Shown here: positions 20,008 through 29,914 of the stretch, in pieces
Position numbering within the stretch: the first letter of the stretch is position 1
Layout of the letters: each line of letters begins with the position of its first letter
From: Deltaproteobacteria bacterium
GTDB taxonomy: Bacteria; Myxococcota_A; UBA9160; SMWR01
Direction: 5' to 3'
DNA length: 54,619 nt
NCBI GenBank assembly: GCA_032128375.1
Contig: JAQBGU010000189.1
Span: 1-54,619 of the forward strand
Translations under genes and position numbers: made by a program
Notes under the pieces: generated by a model
What the model saw: the letters and a program-made list of their open reading frames with translations, nothing else
What the model was told of the DNA's origin: nothing
Databases searched by the model: none

Positions 20008-21858
20008 TCAATCGATGCCAAGTTCTGCGAGTTTGCCGGCGCTCGGCTCGCCTTCTGGGTTCCATCCGCGCAATGCGTAGTACTCCGGGAGCATCTCCGA
20101 TAGCCGGTTGACTTCGCCCTTCGCGGGTCCCGCGACGATCGGTTCGCGCAGCATGCGCTTTGGGAGCGAGTCATCCGCGGCAGTCAAACCCGCGCGGTTG
20201 TTCCACAACCGTTCCAGGTTCCAGATCCGTTCGCCCACCCGCAACAGCTGGTCAGCGTCGAGTTCGATGCCCGTCGCAGCCGTCAAGATCGGGCGAATCG
20301 CCTCCAGTGTGGTCCCGAAAGTCAGGAAAAGGCACAAGCCCGTGGCGTCGACCGCAGTCGACGTATTCTGGAACGCAATCGCGAGTTCCGCCTTGCCTTC
20401 GGTCACGCGCGGGTCCATCTGGTCTGGGTTACCGACGACTTCCGCCGAGACTGTGTACGCGCGCAGGTGGCACGCGCCGCGGTTCGAAGTCGCGTAGCCG
20501 AGCCCCATGCCCTGGATCGCCCGCGGATCGTAGGCCGGGAATTCTTGCCCCTTTACGCCCATGAAAAGATCCGGGTCTCCGAACTTCTCGGTCATGCGCT
20601 TCGAGCCTTCTGCGATCTCGTTTCCGAAACCGCGACGGTGTGCGGCCATCTCAGTCAGCGCGACCAGTGCATCAGCGTTTCCGAACCTCAGAGACATCCC
20701 GGTCTGGGACTCGTCGAGCTTGCCCTTTTCAAACAGCTCCATCGCAGCCGCGATCGTCGCACCGAGCGTAATCGGATCGAGGCCGAGGTCGTTGCACAGG
20801 ATGTTGGATTTCAAGATCGCGTCGAAATCGTCGATCCCACAATCGGCGCCGAGCGACCAGGTGTTTTCATATTCCGGCCCCTCAGTGGCATGTTTCCAAT
20901 TGCGAGAACTCGTAGTGACCGCGTAGCGACCGACCCCCTCGTCGGAAATCCGCGAGACCCGCCCACACGCGATCGTGCAGGCGAAACAGGCCTTGTTGGT
21001 CACGAGCCGGGTTTCGTTCAAACGCTCGCCAGATATATTTTCCGCGCGGTCGAATTGCGAGAACTGAAAGTTGTTGACCGGCAACGCGCCGTGTTCATTG
21101 ATCACGTTCATCAGCGCAAGCGTTCCGTAGGTCGGTAGCCCTTCCGACGTCAAAGGCGCTTGTGTGAGGTCCTTTTTCATTTTCCACTGCGCGCGCATCA
21201 TCGCAACCGGGTCCGCGACTCGGACCGCTCCCGTGCCGCGGACCGCGATCGCTTTCAGCTTCTTGGCCCCCATCACCGCACCTACGCCCGAGCGGCCCGC
21301 AGCGCGATATTTCTCATTGACGATCGCCGCGAACAGCACCTTGTTTTCGCCAGCGGGCCCGATCGCAGCGACCGCACAGTCGGGCAGACCGGTCTCGCAC
21401 TTCAGCGCATCCTCGGTCTCGAATACCCCGCGGCCCCACAAGTGATCGGCGGGGCGCAGTTCCACCACGTCATCGAGAATCCACAAATAAACCGGGCTCG
21501 CGCTCTCGCCCTCGAGGATGATCATGTCGTAGCCAGCGAACTTGAGTTCGGGTGCCCACTTGCCGCCGCTATTCGACGTCGTGATGGCGCCCGTCAGCGG
21601 TCCTTTGGTCACCACCATGTAGCGCGCACCACACGACGCGTTGGTACCGGTCAGCGGACCGGTGGCAAAGATCAACTTGTTGTCCGGGGAAAACGGATCG
21701 ACGCCAGGGTCGACCTCGTCGTAGAAGTAGCGCGCAGCGACCCCTCGGCCCCCGACGTATTGACGCGCCCAGTCTTCGTTGAGGGGTTCCTTGGTCACCG
21801 CTCCCAAGGTCAAATCGACGCGCAACACCGTTCCTACCCATCCGCCCAGTTCAGTCAT
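20008..21858 (-). CDS. aor: Tungsten-containing aldehyde:ferredoxin oxidoreductase catalytic subunit (AorB-like)
   Basis: AAGRSGVGAVMGAKKLKAI, CFACTIACGR, GPEYE, TSNRGACH, GLCLF, YYALRGW. Confidence 0.95.
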   Translation of the reverse strand: MTELGGWVGTVLRVDLTLGAVTKEPLNEDWARQYVGGRGVAARYFYDEVDPGVDPFSPDNKLIFATGPLTGTNASCGARYMVVTKGPLTGAITTSNSGGKWAPELKFAGYDMIILEGESASPVYLWILDDVVELRPADHLWGRGVFETEDALKCETGLPDCAVAAIGPAGENKVLFAAIVNEKYRAAGRSGVGAVMGAKKLKAIAVRGTGAVRVADPVAMMRAQWKMKKDLTQAPLTSEGLPTYGTLALMNVINEHGALPVNNFQFSQFDRAENISGERLNETRLVTNKACFACTIACGRVSRISDEGVGRYAVTTSSRNWKHATEGPEYENTWSLGADCGIDDFDAILKSNILCNDLGLDPITLGATIAAAMELFEKGKLDESQTGMSLRFGNADALVALTEMAAHRRGFGNEIAEGSKRMTEKFGDPDLFMGVKGQEFPAYDPRAIQGMGLGYATSNRGACHLRAYTVSAEVVGNPDQMDPRVTEGKAELAIAFQNTSTAVDATGLCLFLTFGTTLEAIRPILTAATGIELDADQLLRVGERIWNLERLWNNRAGLTAADDSLPKRMLREPIVAGPAKGEVNRLSEMLPEYYALRGWNPEGEPSAGKLAELGID

Positions 21859-22388
21859 CGCGCGCCCTCCCCCACTCCTTCTGCTGCTACGACGCCGTCT
21901 ACCCCGCCCAGCGCGGTCCGGTATGCAGAGTCCACCCTCTTGCCGAAGCCGACCAGCCAGGCTCCCGGGTCGCCCGCAGCCACCGATATGGCTCCGGTCG
22001 GGCAGGCGTGCGCGCACGCTGGGTCCCCGGCGCACAGGTCGCACTTGATTGCCGTGTCATTGCCCTTATCGAAGAAGATCGTGCCGAACGGGCACGCAAT
22101 CACACACAGTTTACAACCCACGCAGACTTCGTCGATCACGATTTTCGCGCCGGTATGCGCATCGACGTCGATCGCGTTGACCGGGCAAGCCTTCATGCAC
22201 CACGCCTCGCTGCACTGGAAACACGCATACGGCGCGAAACTCGCCTGTTCATCGAAGACATGGACGCGGATCACGGACTTCGAGGGCTGAAATGTTCCCG
22301 TCTGGACCCAGGAGCAAGCCAGCTCGCATTGCTTGCATCCGGTACACTTTTCGGGATCGATATGAAGCGCACCCGACAACTCTGCCAT
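21855..22388 (-). CDS. 4x[4Fe-4S] electron-transfer subunit (AorA-like)
   Basis: CTGCKQCELAC, CFQC..WCMKACP, CVGCKLCVIACP, KCDLC..PACAHACP. Confidence 0.92.
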   Translation of the reverse strand: MAELSGALHIDPEKCTGCKQCELACSWVQTGTFQPSKSVIRVHVFDEQASFAPYACFQCSEAWCMKACPVNAIDVDAHTGAKIVIDEVCVGCKLCVIACPFGTIFFDKGNDTAIKCDLCAGDPACAHACPTGAISVAAGDPGAWLVGFGKRVDSAYRTALGGVDGVVAAEGVGEGAR

Positions 22389-22772
22389 CCCCACCCTCCG
22401 ATTCTCGGCTTGTATTCGATCCCGACATCTTACACCCCCCACGCGAGGCTTGCGTCGAACTTGCCGGCCTGAGAAGCGAGAATTCAACAGCATCCACCGA
22501 AGCTGCACGAAAAGTGTGGAAGCCCCAGCGCCGTGTCTGGCAGCATCGATGCGACTACGGCGACGCTCGACTGGCGGCGGAGTCGTACGCAAAGCGCGGG
22601 GCTGGAGCGTCGCCTTGCCCGCGATGTGCAGAGGCGGGCTGATGCCGCTCGATTCCGCGACTGCCTTCCACCCCGGTGCGGAAAATCCGCGCGCGGCTCG
22701 AAATGCGACTGTAGACTTCAGCGGCAGCCAACGGATCGATAGCCCGGGTTCGACGCGGAGGAGGCTCGCAAC

Positions 22773-24197
22773 GTGCGACAAAAGCATGCGAGACTGCGCC
22801 GCGTCACGCTACTCGCAGCTTGCGCGATCGCATGGTTCTCTGCTGCGTGTTCGCCGACACCGAACCTGGAACGGCCAAACATGATCTTGATCATCGGAGA
22901 TGATCACGGGTGGCCGTACTTCGGGTTCATGGATGACCCGATCATCGCGACGCCGCAGCTCGACGCTCTGGCCCGAGGGGGCACGCTGTTTCCGTACGCG
23001 TTCGTAACCTCGAGTTCGTGCCGTCAGTCGCTGCTGACGTTGCTGACTGGGCTCCACCCCGTGCAGTGGAACGCGCGACTCAGGGTTCTGCGCGCACACG
23101 GAATCCGGCGCCGCCGTTACACGGAAATCGTCGACTTCGTCGCACTGCCGCGATTGCTCGGCGAAGCCGGCTATCGGAGTTTCCAGGGCGGCAAGTTCTG
23201 GGAGGGTCAGTATCAAAACGCCGGCTTCGACGAAGGCACAAAGGAATCTCCCGATCCCGATCCGAGCGCGACTGAACATGCTGCGCTGCAGGCGAATGCC
23301 GGCGGCAGCGGGCTTGCCCTCGGCCGCACGACGATGGAACCCTTATGGAGCTTTCTCGGGCAAGCAGATGACCGGCCATTCTTCGTCTGGTTTGCGCCGA
23401 AACTCCCGCATACACCACACGACGCAGCGCAGAGCTATCTGCAGCGATATTCTGAACGCGGGCTGTCGCCCGAAGCGGTGAAGTACTACGCCAACATCAC
23501 GCGATTCGACGATCGCGTAGGCGAACTCGTCGCGTTCCTGGACCGGGCGGGTCTGCGAGACAACACACTACTCGTGTATCTGTCGGACAACGGTTGGCAA
23601 CAGGGGCCGACGGACCGGCCGCATATGGACGCTCTGGGCGGCTCAAAGGGAAAAGGATCGATGTATGAGTTGGGCGTGCGAACCCCGCTCATCTTCAATT
23701 GGCCGGGGCAGATCGCAACGGGAAAAGTTCGCGACGAATTGGTATCCTCAGTGGATCTGTTTCCGACCTTGCTGAGCTTCGCCGGTGTAGAGGCGCCACC
23801 CAATCGGTCCGTCCACAACCTTCATCCGCTGCTCACGGGCACAGGTCCGCCGACGCCCGCGCGAACAACCGTGATCGCGTCGAGCAACCGTGAGTTACGG
23901 CCCCCGCCGGGTACCGAGCGCGAACCGCTCGAACCGAACGCAGAAATCTTGCGTACCGAAATGGCGTACTCGCTGCGAACCAAGAACTGGCGCTACATCT
24001 GGTATTTTGATTCGGACCTGTACACGGACCGACCGCCCGATGAACTGTTTCGCATCGACACGGATCCTCACGAAACCCGGGACGTCGCAGCGCAACATCC
24101 GGATCGTGTCTCGAATTTCCGGCGCAAGATCCTGGCCTGGATCGACATCGCGACCGAACCGTACCAATACCGCGCGGGCGAGGAAGTGAGTCCCTAG
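22773..24197 (+). CDS. Sulfatase-family hydrolase (lipoprotein)
   Basis: RPNMILIIGDDHG, Cys motif CRQSLLTLLTG, PHTP, SDNG, KGSMYELGVRTP; FSAAC lipobox. Confidence 0.88.
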   Translation: MRQKHARLRRVTLLAACAIAWFSAACSPTPNLERPNMILIIGDDHGWPYFGFMDDPIIATPQLDALARGGTLFPYAFVTSSSCRQSLLTLLTGLHPVQWNARLRVLRAHGIRRRRYTEIVDFVALPRLLGEAGYRSFQGGKFWEGQYQNAGFDEGTKESPDPDPSATEHAALQANAGGSGLALGRTTMEPLWSFLGQADDRPFFVWFAPKLPHTPHDAAQSYLQRYSERGLSPEAVKYYANITRFDDRVGELVAFLDRAGLRDNTLLVYLSDNGWQQGPTDRPHMDALGGSKGKGSMYELGVRTPLIFNWPGQIATGKVRDELVSSVDLFPTLLSFAGVEAPPNRSVHNLHPLLTGTGPPTPARTTVIASSNRELRPPPGTEREPLEPNAEILRTEMAYSLRTKNWRYIWYFDSDLYTDRPPDELFRIDTDPHETRDVAAQHPDRVSNFRRKILAWIDIATEPYQYRAGEEVSP

Positions 24198-24338
24198 AAG
24201 TCGCTCGCATTCGACCTTGCTGGCCCAGCCGTGCTGATCAGTCACTCTTTGCAATGCAAACGGGGAAAAACACTCCGGTGCACAATCGGAGATCAGGGTA
24301 TGATCCTGCGACGAAAATATCGAGCTGGGGGAATTGAC

Positions 24339-26141
24339 ATGCGAACGTTGCGAGAACTCTTCGGTCGGCGCAGCCGTTCGCCACTCTACGGCTTGGTCGC
24401 AATCAGCGCCGGACTGCTCTTGGCCCCGACCTACGCCCCGACTTCCGCCTTCGCGCAGGGCGACACTCCGGCCGAGTTCCAACTGCCGCCGCTTCCGACC
24501 CACTGGACGGCCAAGACACCAGCGGGCCGAGGCGCCGGACCGGTCACGCGGACCATGCTCGAAGACCCTTTCGGAGAGCCCTCTCGCTGGCTCCACTACG
24601 GCGGTGATTACCGCGGATTCAGACATAGCCCGCTCGAAACGTTGACACCGGATAGCGTCTCGAAGCTGCAGGTAGCGTGGGCGTTTGGTACCGGCACAAC
24701 GGGACAATTCGAGGTGTCGCCCGTTCTCTACGACGGAGTCTTGTTCGTCACGTCGTCGTACAACAGACTTTTCGCACTCGACGCAAAGACTGGAGCCCTA
24801 CTCTGGCGCTACGACCACCAGAACGGCAAGAACCTGCCCCTGTGCTGCGGGCCGCCAAACCGCGGTGTCGCGATCAGTGGTGACCTCGTACTGATGGCCA
24901 CGCTAGACGCCCACTTGATTGCGTTCCAGCGCAAGACCGGCGCGATCGCCTGGAACACGGAGATCACGGACTACACGAAGGGTTTCACCGCGACAAGTGC
25001 TCCGCTGGTCGTCGGTGAACTGGCCTACATCGGAATCGCCGGCGGCGAGTACGGTGTCCGCGGCTTCTTCGATGCGTACGAAGTTGCGACGGGGAAGCGC
25101 GTGTGGCGTCACTTCACGGTGCCGGCCGCAGGTGAGCCAGGTGTCGAAACCTGGGCCAACACGTCCTACGAACAAGGCGGTTCACCGGCCTGGACGACCG
25201 GCTCATACGATATCGAAACCGACACACTGTTCTGGACAACCGGCAACCCGTCTCCGGATTGGAACGGAGACGACCGCGCGGGTGACAACCTCTACTCCGA
25301 TTCTCTGCTGGCGCTGGATCCCAAGACAGGCGAGCGGAAATGGCATTTCCAATTCACCCCCCACGACGTCTGGGACTACGACGGCAATACGCATATCTTC
25401 CTGGTGGACACGGCGATCGACGGAAAGCTGCGCAAGCTCATCGCACAGCCGAATCGCAACGGCTTTTACTACTTGATCGACCGAACGGACGGTAGCTTCG
25501 TACTCGCAGAGCCGTACCTCGAGCAGGTCAATTGGGCGACCATCGATGCCAACGGGCGTCCCATCGTCAACCCAGACGCAATGCCGGCCGATGAGCCGAC
25601 CCACCGGACCTGCCCGAGCAACCTTGGCGGCATCAACGGTGCGTTCACCGCGTCGTTCGACCCGGACCGCGAACTGGTGCTGTTTGCGACAATCGAGGCG
25701 TGCCAGGCATACGGAAAGGGCATCAGTGTGTATTCGCAGGGTGCACCCTACCCCGGCGGGCTACCCGAGCTGGTCGACGCACTCGCCGGAAAATCGTACG
25801 GAAACTTCGTCGCTGTCGAAGTGGCAACCGGCAAGGTCCGATGGCGCGCCCGCCAGCCACACCCGATGATGGCTGGTTCCCTGAACACCAAAGGCGGCGT
25901 GGTCTTCAGCGGCACACTCGACGGCAAAGCCGTCGCCTACGCAACCGAAACCGGCAAGGAGTTGTGGAAATTCCAAATGGGCGGCGGCGTCCGAAGTCAG
26001 CCCATCGCGTACGAGTTGGACGGCCGGACTTACGTCGTCTACGGCTCGGGAAGCTTCTCGACGCTGGACGACTTTTCCGGTGGCCCACAGAAAATTCCAG
26101 AAGGAGGCCATCTGTTCGTGTTTGCTCTTCCGGAACAATGA
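24339..26141 (+). CDS. PQQ-dependent alcohol dehydrogenase (methanol/ethanol family), lanthanide-type DYD motif
   Basis: Signal peptide, vicinal CCGPPNRG, AGGEYGVRG, WTTGNPSP, HDVWDYDG, repeated Trp docking motifs. Confidence 0.92.
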   Translation: MRTLRELFGRRSRSPLYGLVAISAGLLLAPTYAPTSAFAQGDTPAEFQLPPLPTHWTAKTPAGRGAGPVTRTMLEDPFGEPSRWLHYGGDYRGFRHSPLETLTPDSVSKLQVAWAFGTGTTGQFEVSPVLYDGVLFVTSSYNRLFALDAKTGALLWRYDHQNGKNLPLCCGPPNRGVAISGDLVLMATLDAHLIAFQRKTGAIAWNTEITDYTKGFTATSAPLVVGELAYIGIAGGEYGVRGFFDAYEVATGKRVWRHFTVPAAGEPGVETWANTSYEQGGSPAWTTGSYDIETDTLFWTTGNPSPDWNGDDRAGDNLYSDSLLALDPKTGERKWHFQFTPHDVWDYDGNTHIFLVDTAIDGKLRKLIAQPNRNGFYYLIDRTDGSFVLAEPYLEQVNWATIDANGRPIVNPDAMPADEPTHRTCPSNLGGINGAFTASFDPDRELVLFATIEACQAYGKGISVYSQGAPYPGGLPELVDALAGKSYGNFVAVEVATGKVRWRARQPHPMMAGSLNTKGGVVFSGTLDGKAVAYATETGKELWKFQMGGGVRSQPIAYELDGRTYVVYGSGSFSTLDDFSGGPQKIPEGGHLFVFALPEQ

Positions 26142-26144
26142 ACC

Positions 26145-26516
26145 GTGCACCGGTGCATCGCAGGCGCCGTGCTCGCGATCCTCGCGGGTTGTAGCGGAGC
26201 ATTCGAACAGCCGTCGACTTCGCCCGCAGACGTGTACCTGGAACAACCAGCCGATCTCCAACGCGGGCGATTGTTGTTCAGGGGAACCTGTGGCGGCTAC
26301 TGCCACCCTACGAGCCCCGGAAATCGCGATTCGCCGTACTTGTTCGACTGCGATTGGAAAAACGGCGGTAGCGATGGAGAAATGTTTGTATCGATCTCCG
26401 CCGGCGTGCCCGGCAGCCGCATGCCGAGCTACGGGGGCAGGCTGCCGGAGCGCGACCGGGATATCTGGCGCTTGATCGCCTTCATCCGGTCCAAGTCGGA
26501 GTGCGAATCACCGTAG
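26145..26516 (+). CDS. Monoheme cytochrome c lipoprotein with CX3CH motif
   Basis: LAGC lipobox, GRLLFRGTCGGYCH, distal RMPSY; directly after the PQQ dehydrogenase. Confidence 0.82.
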   Translation: MHRCIAGAVLAILAGCSGAFEQPSTSPADVYLEQPADLQRGRLLFRGTCGGYCHPTSPGNRDSPYLFDCDWKNGGSDGEMFVSISAGVPGSRMPSYGGRLPERDRDIWRLIAFIRSKSECESP

Positions 26517-26981
26517 GGGTCGATCGCGCCGTCGCTCCAGTGATCGCCCGTCGAGACGTTTTCCCAGGCTGATAGCTTCATCGACCTCGAATCCGATCGC
26601 GCGGTAGAACGCGACTACGTCGGTGTTGGTAGCGCGCACCTGCAGGTTGATTTTCGGACAACCCAGCGCACGCAGCGCCGCCTCGGCGTGGTCCATCAAC
26701 GCTCGGCCGAGGCCCGCACGGCGTAGCCCAGGATCGACTGCGAGATAGTTGATCCAACCCCGGTGCCCCTCATAGCCGGCCATCACGGAACCGGCAATGC
26801 GGAGCCCGTCGTTCTCCCCGGGTCCCGGACCCTCGGTGACGAACAGCAGCTCCGGCTGGAAGGCGAGCTTCGCGGCGATGTCGTCAGCCGGAACGTTCCA
26901 CGGGCGCACGAGTCCGCAGCGCTCCCAGAGTGCGATCAGCGACGCCTGGTCGGTGGCGCAATACACACGAATCGACGTCAC
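26508..26981 (-). CDS. GNAT family acetyltransferase (YpeA-like)
   Basis: MAGYEGHRGWINYLAV, RRAGLG, GCPKINLQVR. Start uncertain (26981 or 27005). Confidence 0.88.
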   Translation of the reverse strand: MTSIRVYCATDQASLIALWERCGLVRPWNVPADDIAAKLAFQPELLFVTEGPGPGENDGLRIAGSVMAGYEGHRGWINYLAVDPGLRRAGLGRALMDHAEAALRALGCPKINLQVRATNTDVVAFYRAIGFEVDEAISLGKRLDGRSLERRRDRPLR

Positions 26982-27045
26982 ATGCGCCCCGGTGAAACGT
27001 TTCACGATATCCCGCCCGTCGACCGACGTCGATCCGCCCAAGCGG

Positions 27046-28134
27046 TCAGAATCTGCGGGACGCGCCGATGTCGACGATCCAGACCGACGCGTCCGGGGCT
27101 CCGCTCGCGGCCATCGCTTCCCGAAATCGCCGCGGTGGTTCGTCGTGCGGCTCATCGGATAGATCGAAAGTGGCGTAGTGGATCGCCAACGAGTGGCGCG
27201 CCTGCAGTTCGTGCGAAGCGGCTGCCGCCTCCTCCGGGTTCAAATGGGAGTCCTTCATCATGGCCACCGGTTCGTATGCACCAATCGGCAGCGCGGCCAG
27301 ATCGAAGGGACCGAGCGCGCGACCGATCGCGCGAAAGCCGTCAAACATCGCCGTGTCGCCGGCAAAGAAGAAGCGATGCTCATCACTGGTCACGGCCCAT
27401 GACGACCACAGCGAGCGATTCATGTCGAATAGCCCCCGTCGACTCCAGTGGCGTGCCGGTAGACAGTGCACCTGCACACCAGAGAACTCTACCCACTCCC
27501 CCCAGTCCATCTCGACGATTCGCGCCGCGCCGACCCTCCGCAACAAGTCTGTGTGTCCGAGGGGCGCGAACAGCACCAGTTCGGGATTCAGATCGGCCAG
27601 CTTTCGAAGCGTGGGGAGATCGAGATGGTCGTAGTGGTTGTGGGACAAGAGAACAAAATCGATCCGAGGCAGACCGTCCAATCCGATCGGCGGATCGACC
27701 AGCCGAGCCGCACCCGTGAAACGCGTCGGACCAGCAGTCTGCGACCAGTTGGGATCTGTCAGAAACGCGATCCCGCCCATTTGAATGAAAACCGCCGCGT
27801 GTCCCAGCCAGGTGGCCCGAGCCGCGTCGGTCGAACCGAGTGGCGGGAGTTCGACCGCGACAGAGCGGGGCAATCTGATCGGCGTACGGAACCTCGCCGC
27901 GAGTCGGCGCCCGAAAAACGGCAGCGTTACCGACGGGCCGGCTTGAACAATCGGACCGCCCGGGTTCTGAAAGCGACCATCCTCGCCACGCGGCGCCGGT
28001 GCGATCCCCGCGAAATCGTGTGTGCGGACCGTGGAATCGTGCGGAAGCTGTCCGACTGCCGGGCCCGCGAACCAGACCAGCGGCATGATCGCCATCAGGC
28101 AGGTTGCGAAGCGGCCCGAGCATGCGACGTTCAT
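27046..28134 (-). CDS. MBL-fold metallohydrolase (NAPE-PLD/RomA-like), exported
   Basis: TWLGHA, SHNHYDHLD, PARHWSRR, FAGDT, LPIGAYEP. Confidence 0.9.
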   Translation of the reverse strand: MNVACSGRFATCLMAIMPLVWFAGPAVGQLPHDSTVRTHDFAGIAPAPRGEDGRFQNPGGPIVQAGPSVTLPFFGRRLAARFRTPIRLPRSVAVELPPLGSTDAARATWLGHAAVFIQMGGIAFLTDPNWSQTAGPTRFTGAARLVDPPIGLDGLPRIDFVLLSHNHYDHLDLPTLRKLADLNPELVLFAPLGHTDLLRRVGAARIVEMDWGEWVEFSGVQVHCLPARHWSRRGLFDMNRSLWSSWAVTSDEHRFFFAGDTAMFDGFRAIGRALGPFDLAALPIGAYEPVAMMKDSHLNPEEAAAASHELQARHSLAIHYATFDLSDEPHDEPPRRFREAMAASGAPDASVWIVDIGASRRF

Positions 28135-28153
28135 TCAATCATCGACGAGCCGA

Positions 28154-29914
28154 TCACGCAACCTTGCGATCGGCGAAAATTTCCAACCTGTGCTCATCGC
28201 TCGGAGAGGTGGGCGTCAGGGCCATGTCGACATAAGGAACGTGCTTGGCTTCCCGCTCTACCCGGCGTCGCAATATCTCGAGTCGCACCACCAGCGTGGC
28301 CAGCAAGGCCGCCTTGCGACCAACTTCCCACGCGCGCTTCGAATAGAAGCGAAGTGGGCTCTCGATGCCTACGCCCGGCCGCCGATCCAGGCGAAAACGG
28401 CGACGGAAGTACCCCCCCTCGAGTGGATGAATTCCTTCGTAGAGGATGCAACCTCGGAACCATAGGATCATTCTGGACATCTTCTTCGTCTTGATTCCGC
28501 TCGCAGAGGCTCGGCGCAGCAACGTTTCGATATGGTCCCAGGAGTAGTAGGTTTCCCAGGCGATGCGAGTGGCGCGTTGCCATTCGTCAAGGGACATCAG
28601 CGGGTGTTCCGCGCAAGCGTGATTCAGATCGTATTTGTTCAGATCGGGATCCAGCCAGTCGCCCCGTTCGAATAGTTTCTGGTGGTCTTCGGATCCCGGA
28701 AGAGGCGTCAACATGAAGAATTCGAGAATATCGATGGGTAGCTCGCGTTGGATGATGCGAATCTCGTCAACGATCGAGTCACACGTGTCTGTCGGGAAGC
28801 CGAGGATGTATCCCGCGTAGGTGATGACACCGATAGCGTGCCAAGCCTGCATCATGTCTCGATACTCGCTGAGTCGATTCTGCTTCTTCTTGGCGCCCTT
28901 GAGTGCTTCAGGGTTGATACTCTCGAGCCCGATGAACACTTTCTTTACGCCGGCTCGACCGGCCTTCTCAATGAATCCCTCGATCTTGTGGCACAAGGTG
29001 TCGACCTGAATCGTCAGCTTGACCTTGATCCCCTTGACGCGCAGCTCGATGATGCGATCGAATATCGCCTCCCAATCCCGATTTCGCGAAAAGTTGTCGT
29101 CGGTGATGAAAAAATGGGTAATCCCCTCGGCGAAACTGGTGCGCAGGATCTTTTCGACATCGTCCGGAGAGCGACGGCGTGACACCCGGCCCTGGACGTT
29201 GATGATGGTGCAGAAGCTGCATTGAAAGGGGCACCCGCGGCCGGCGTCGAAGCTCGCCTGGTGACTCACCGTGCGGCGTGCCGTCTGCGGTGGCAAGTAG
29301 GGAACCGGCGTCCCAGCCAAATCCGGGAGTTCCTTCGAATGATCGTAGAGGCTCTCCATCTGGTCGATCAAAGCGCCTCGCAGCAGATCGTCGAGACGGC
29401 GCTCGGCCTCGCCGGCAAACAGCGAAATGCCGAGATCCATGGCTTCCTGCAGTTCCGGCTGCACGCCGGGCAACATCGCAAGTGACCCGCTTACATGGAA
29501 GCCGCCCAGGCAGACCGGAATGCCTTGCGCGCGAAAGGCCCGAGCGATGTCCATGGCTCGGGGAAACTGGTTCGTCTGCACTCCCACGAGCCCGACCATC
29601 CCCCTCACATGGGGTGCCTTGAGTTGGCGCGCGATTTTCGCGACTTCGATTCGAGTGTTCGCCTCGTCGTGGGCTTGGACGACGATGTGTATCGATGCTC
29701 CGAGGACCTGGCGCTGCGCGCAATCCTCGAACAGGCTGTACAGCGCCGCCAACGTGTTCGAGGGGACCGCCGAGCGGACCCACTGCACCACGTAGCCATC
29801 TTCGTCGTAGCGGGACGGCTTGATGAGCACGACCACGAACTTGCGACAATCGCCGAGGTCAGTGTTCCCCTCGTCGGCCGGCTGCGGATTTCTTTTTGGT
29901 GTCGATAGTTCCAT
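28154..29914 (-). CDS. Cobalamin-binding radical SAM protein
   Basis: GRGCPFQCSFC, TDDNF, FIGLES, GYILGFP; N-terminal B12-binding-like region (VCLGGFHVSG..FAGEAE). Confidence 0.88.
   Translation of the reverse strand: MELSTPKRNPQPADEGNTDLGDCRKFVVVLIKPSRYDEDGYVVQWVRSAVPSNTLAALYSLFEDCAQRQVLGASIHIVVQAHDEANTRIEVAKIARQLKAPHVRGMVGLVGVQTNQFPRAMDIARAFRAQGIPVCLGGFHVSGSLAMLPGVQPELQEAMDLGISLFAGEAERRLDDLLRGALIDQMESLYDHSKELPDLAGTPVPYLPPQTARRTVSHQASFDAGRGCPFQCSFCTIINVQGRVSRRRSPDDVEKILRTSFAEGITHFFITDDNFSRNRDWEAIFDRIIELRVKGIKVKLTIQVDTLCHKIEGFIEKAGRAGVKKVFIGLESINPEALKGAKKKQNRLSEYRDMMQAWHAIGVITYAGYILGFPTDTCDSIVDEIRIIQRELPIDILEFFMLTPLPGSEDHQKLFERGDWLDPDLNKYDLNHACAEHPLMSLDEWQRATRIAWETYYSWDHIETLLRRASASGIKTKKMSRMILWFRGCILYEGIHPLEGGYFRRRFRLDRRPGVGIESPLRFYSKRAWEVGRKAALLATLVVRLEILRRRVEREAKHVPYVDMALTPTSPSDEHRLEIFADRKVA

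Noticed and set aside
22389..22772. N-terminal extension of AorA or a regulatory RNA upstream of the aor operon
   Set aside because: The extension is non-homologous GC-rich readthrough; no convincing sigma54, FNR or Moco/Wco riboswitch motif seen.
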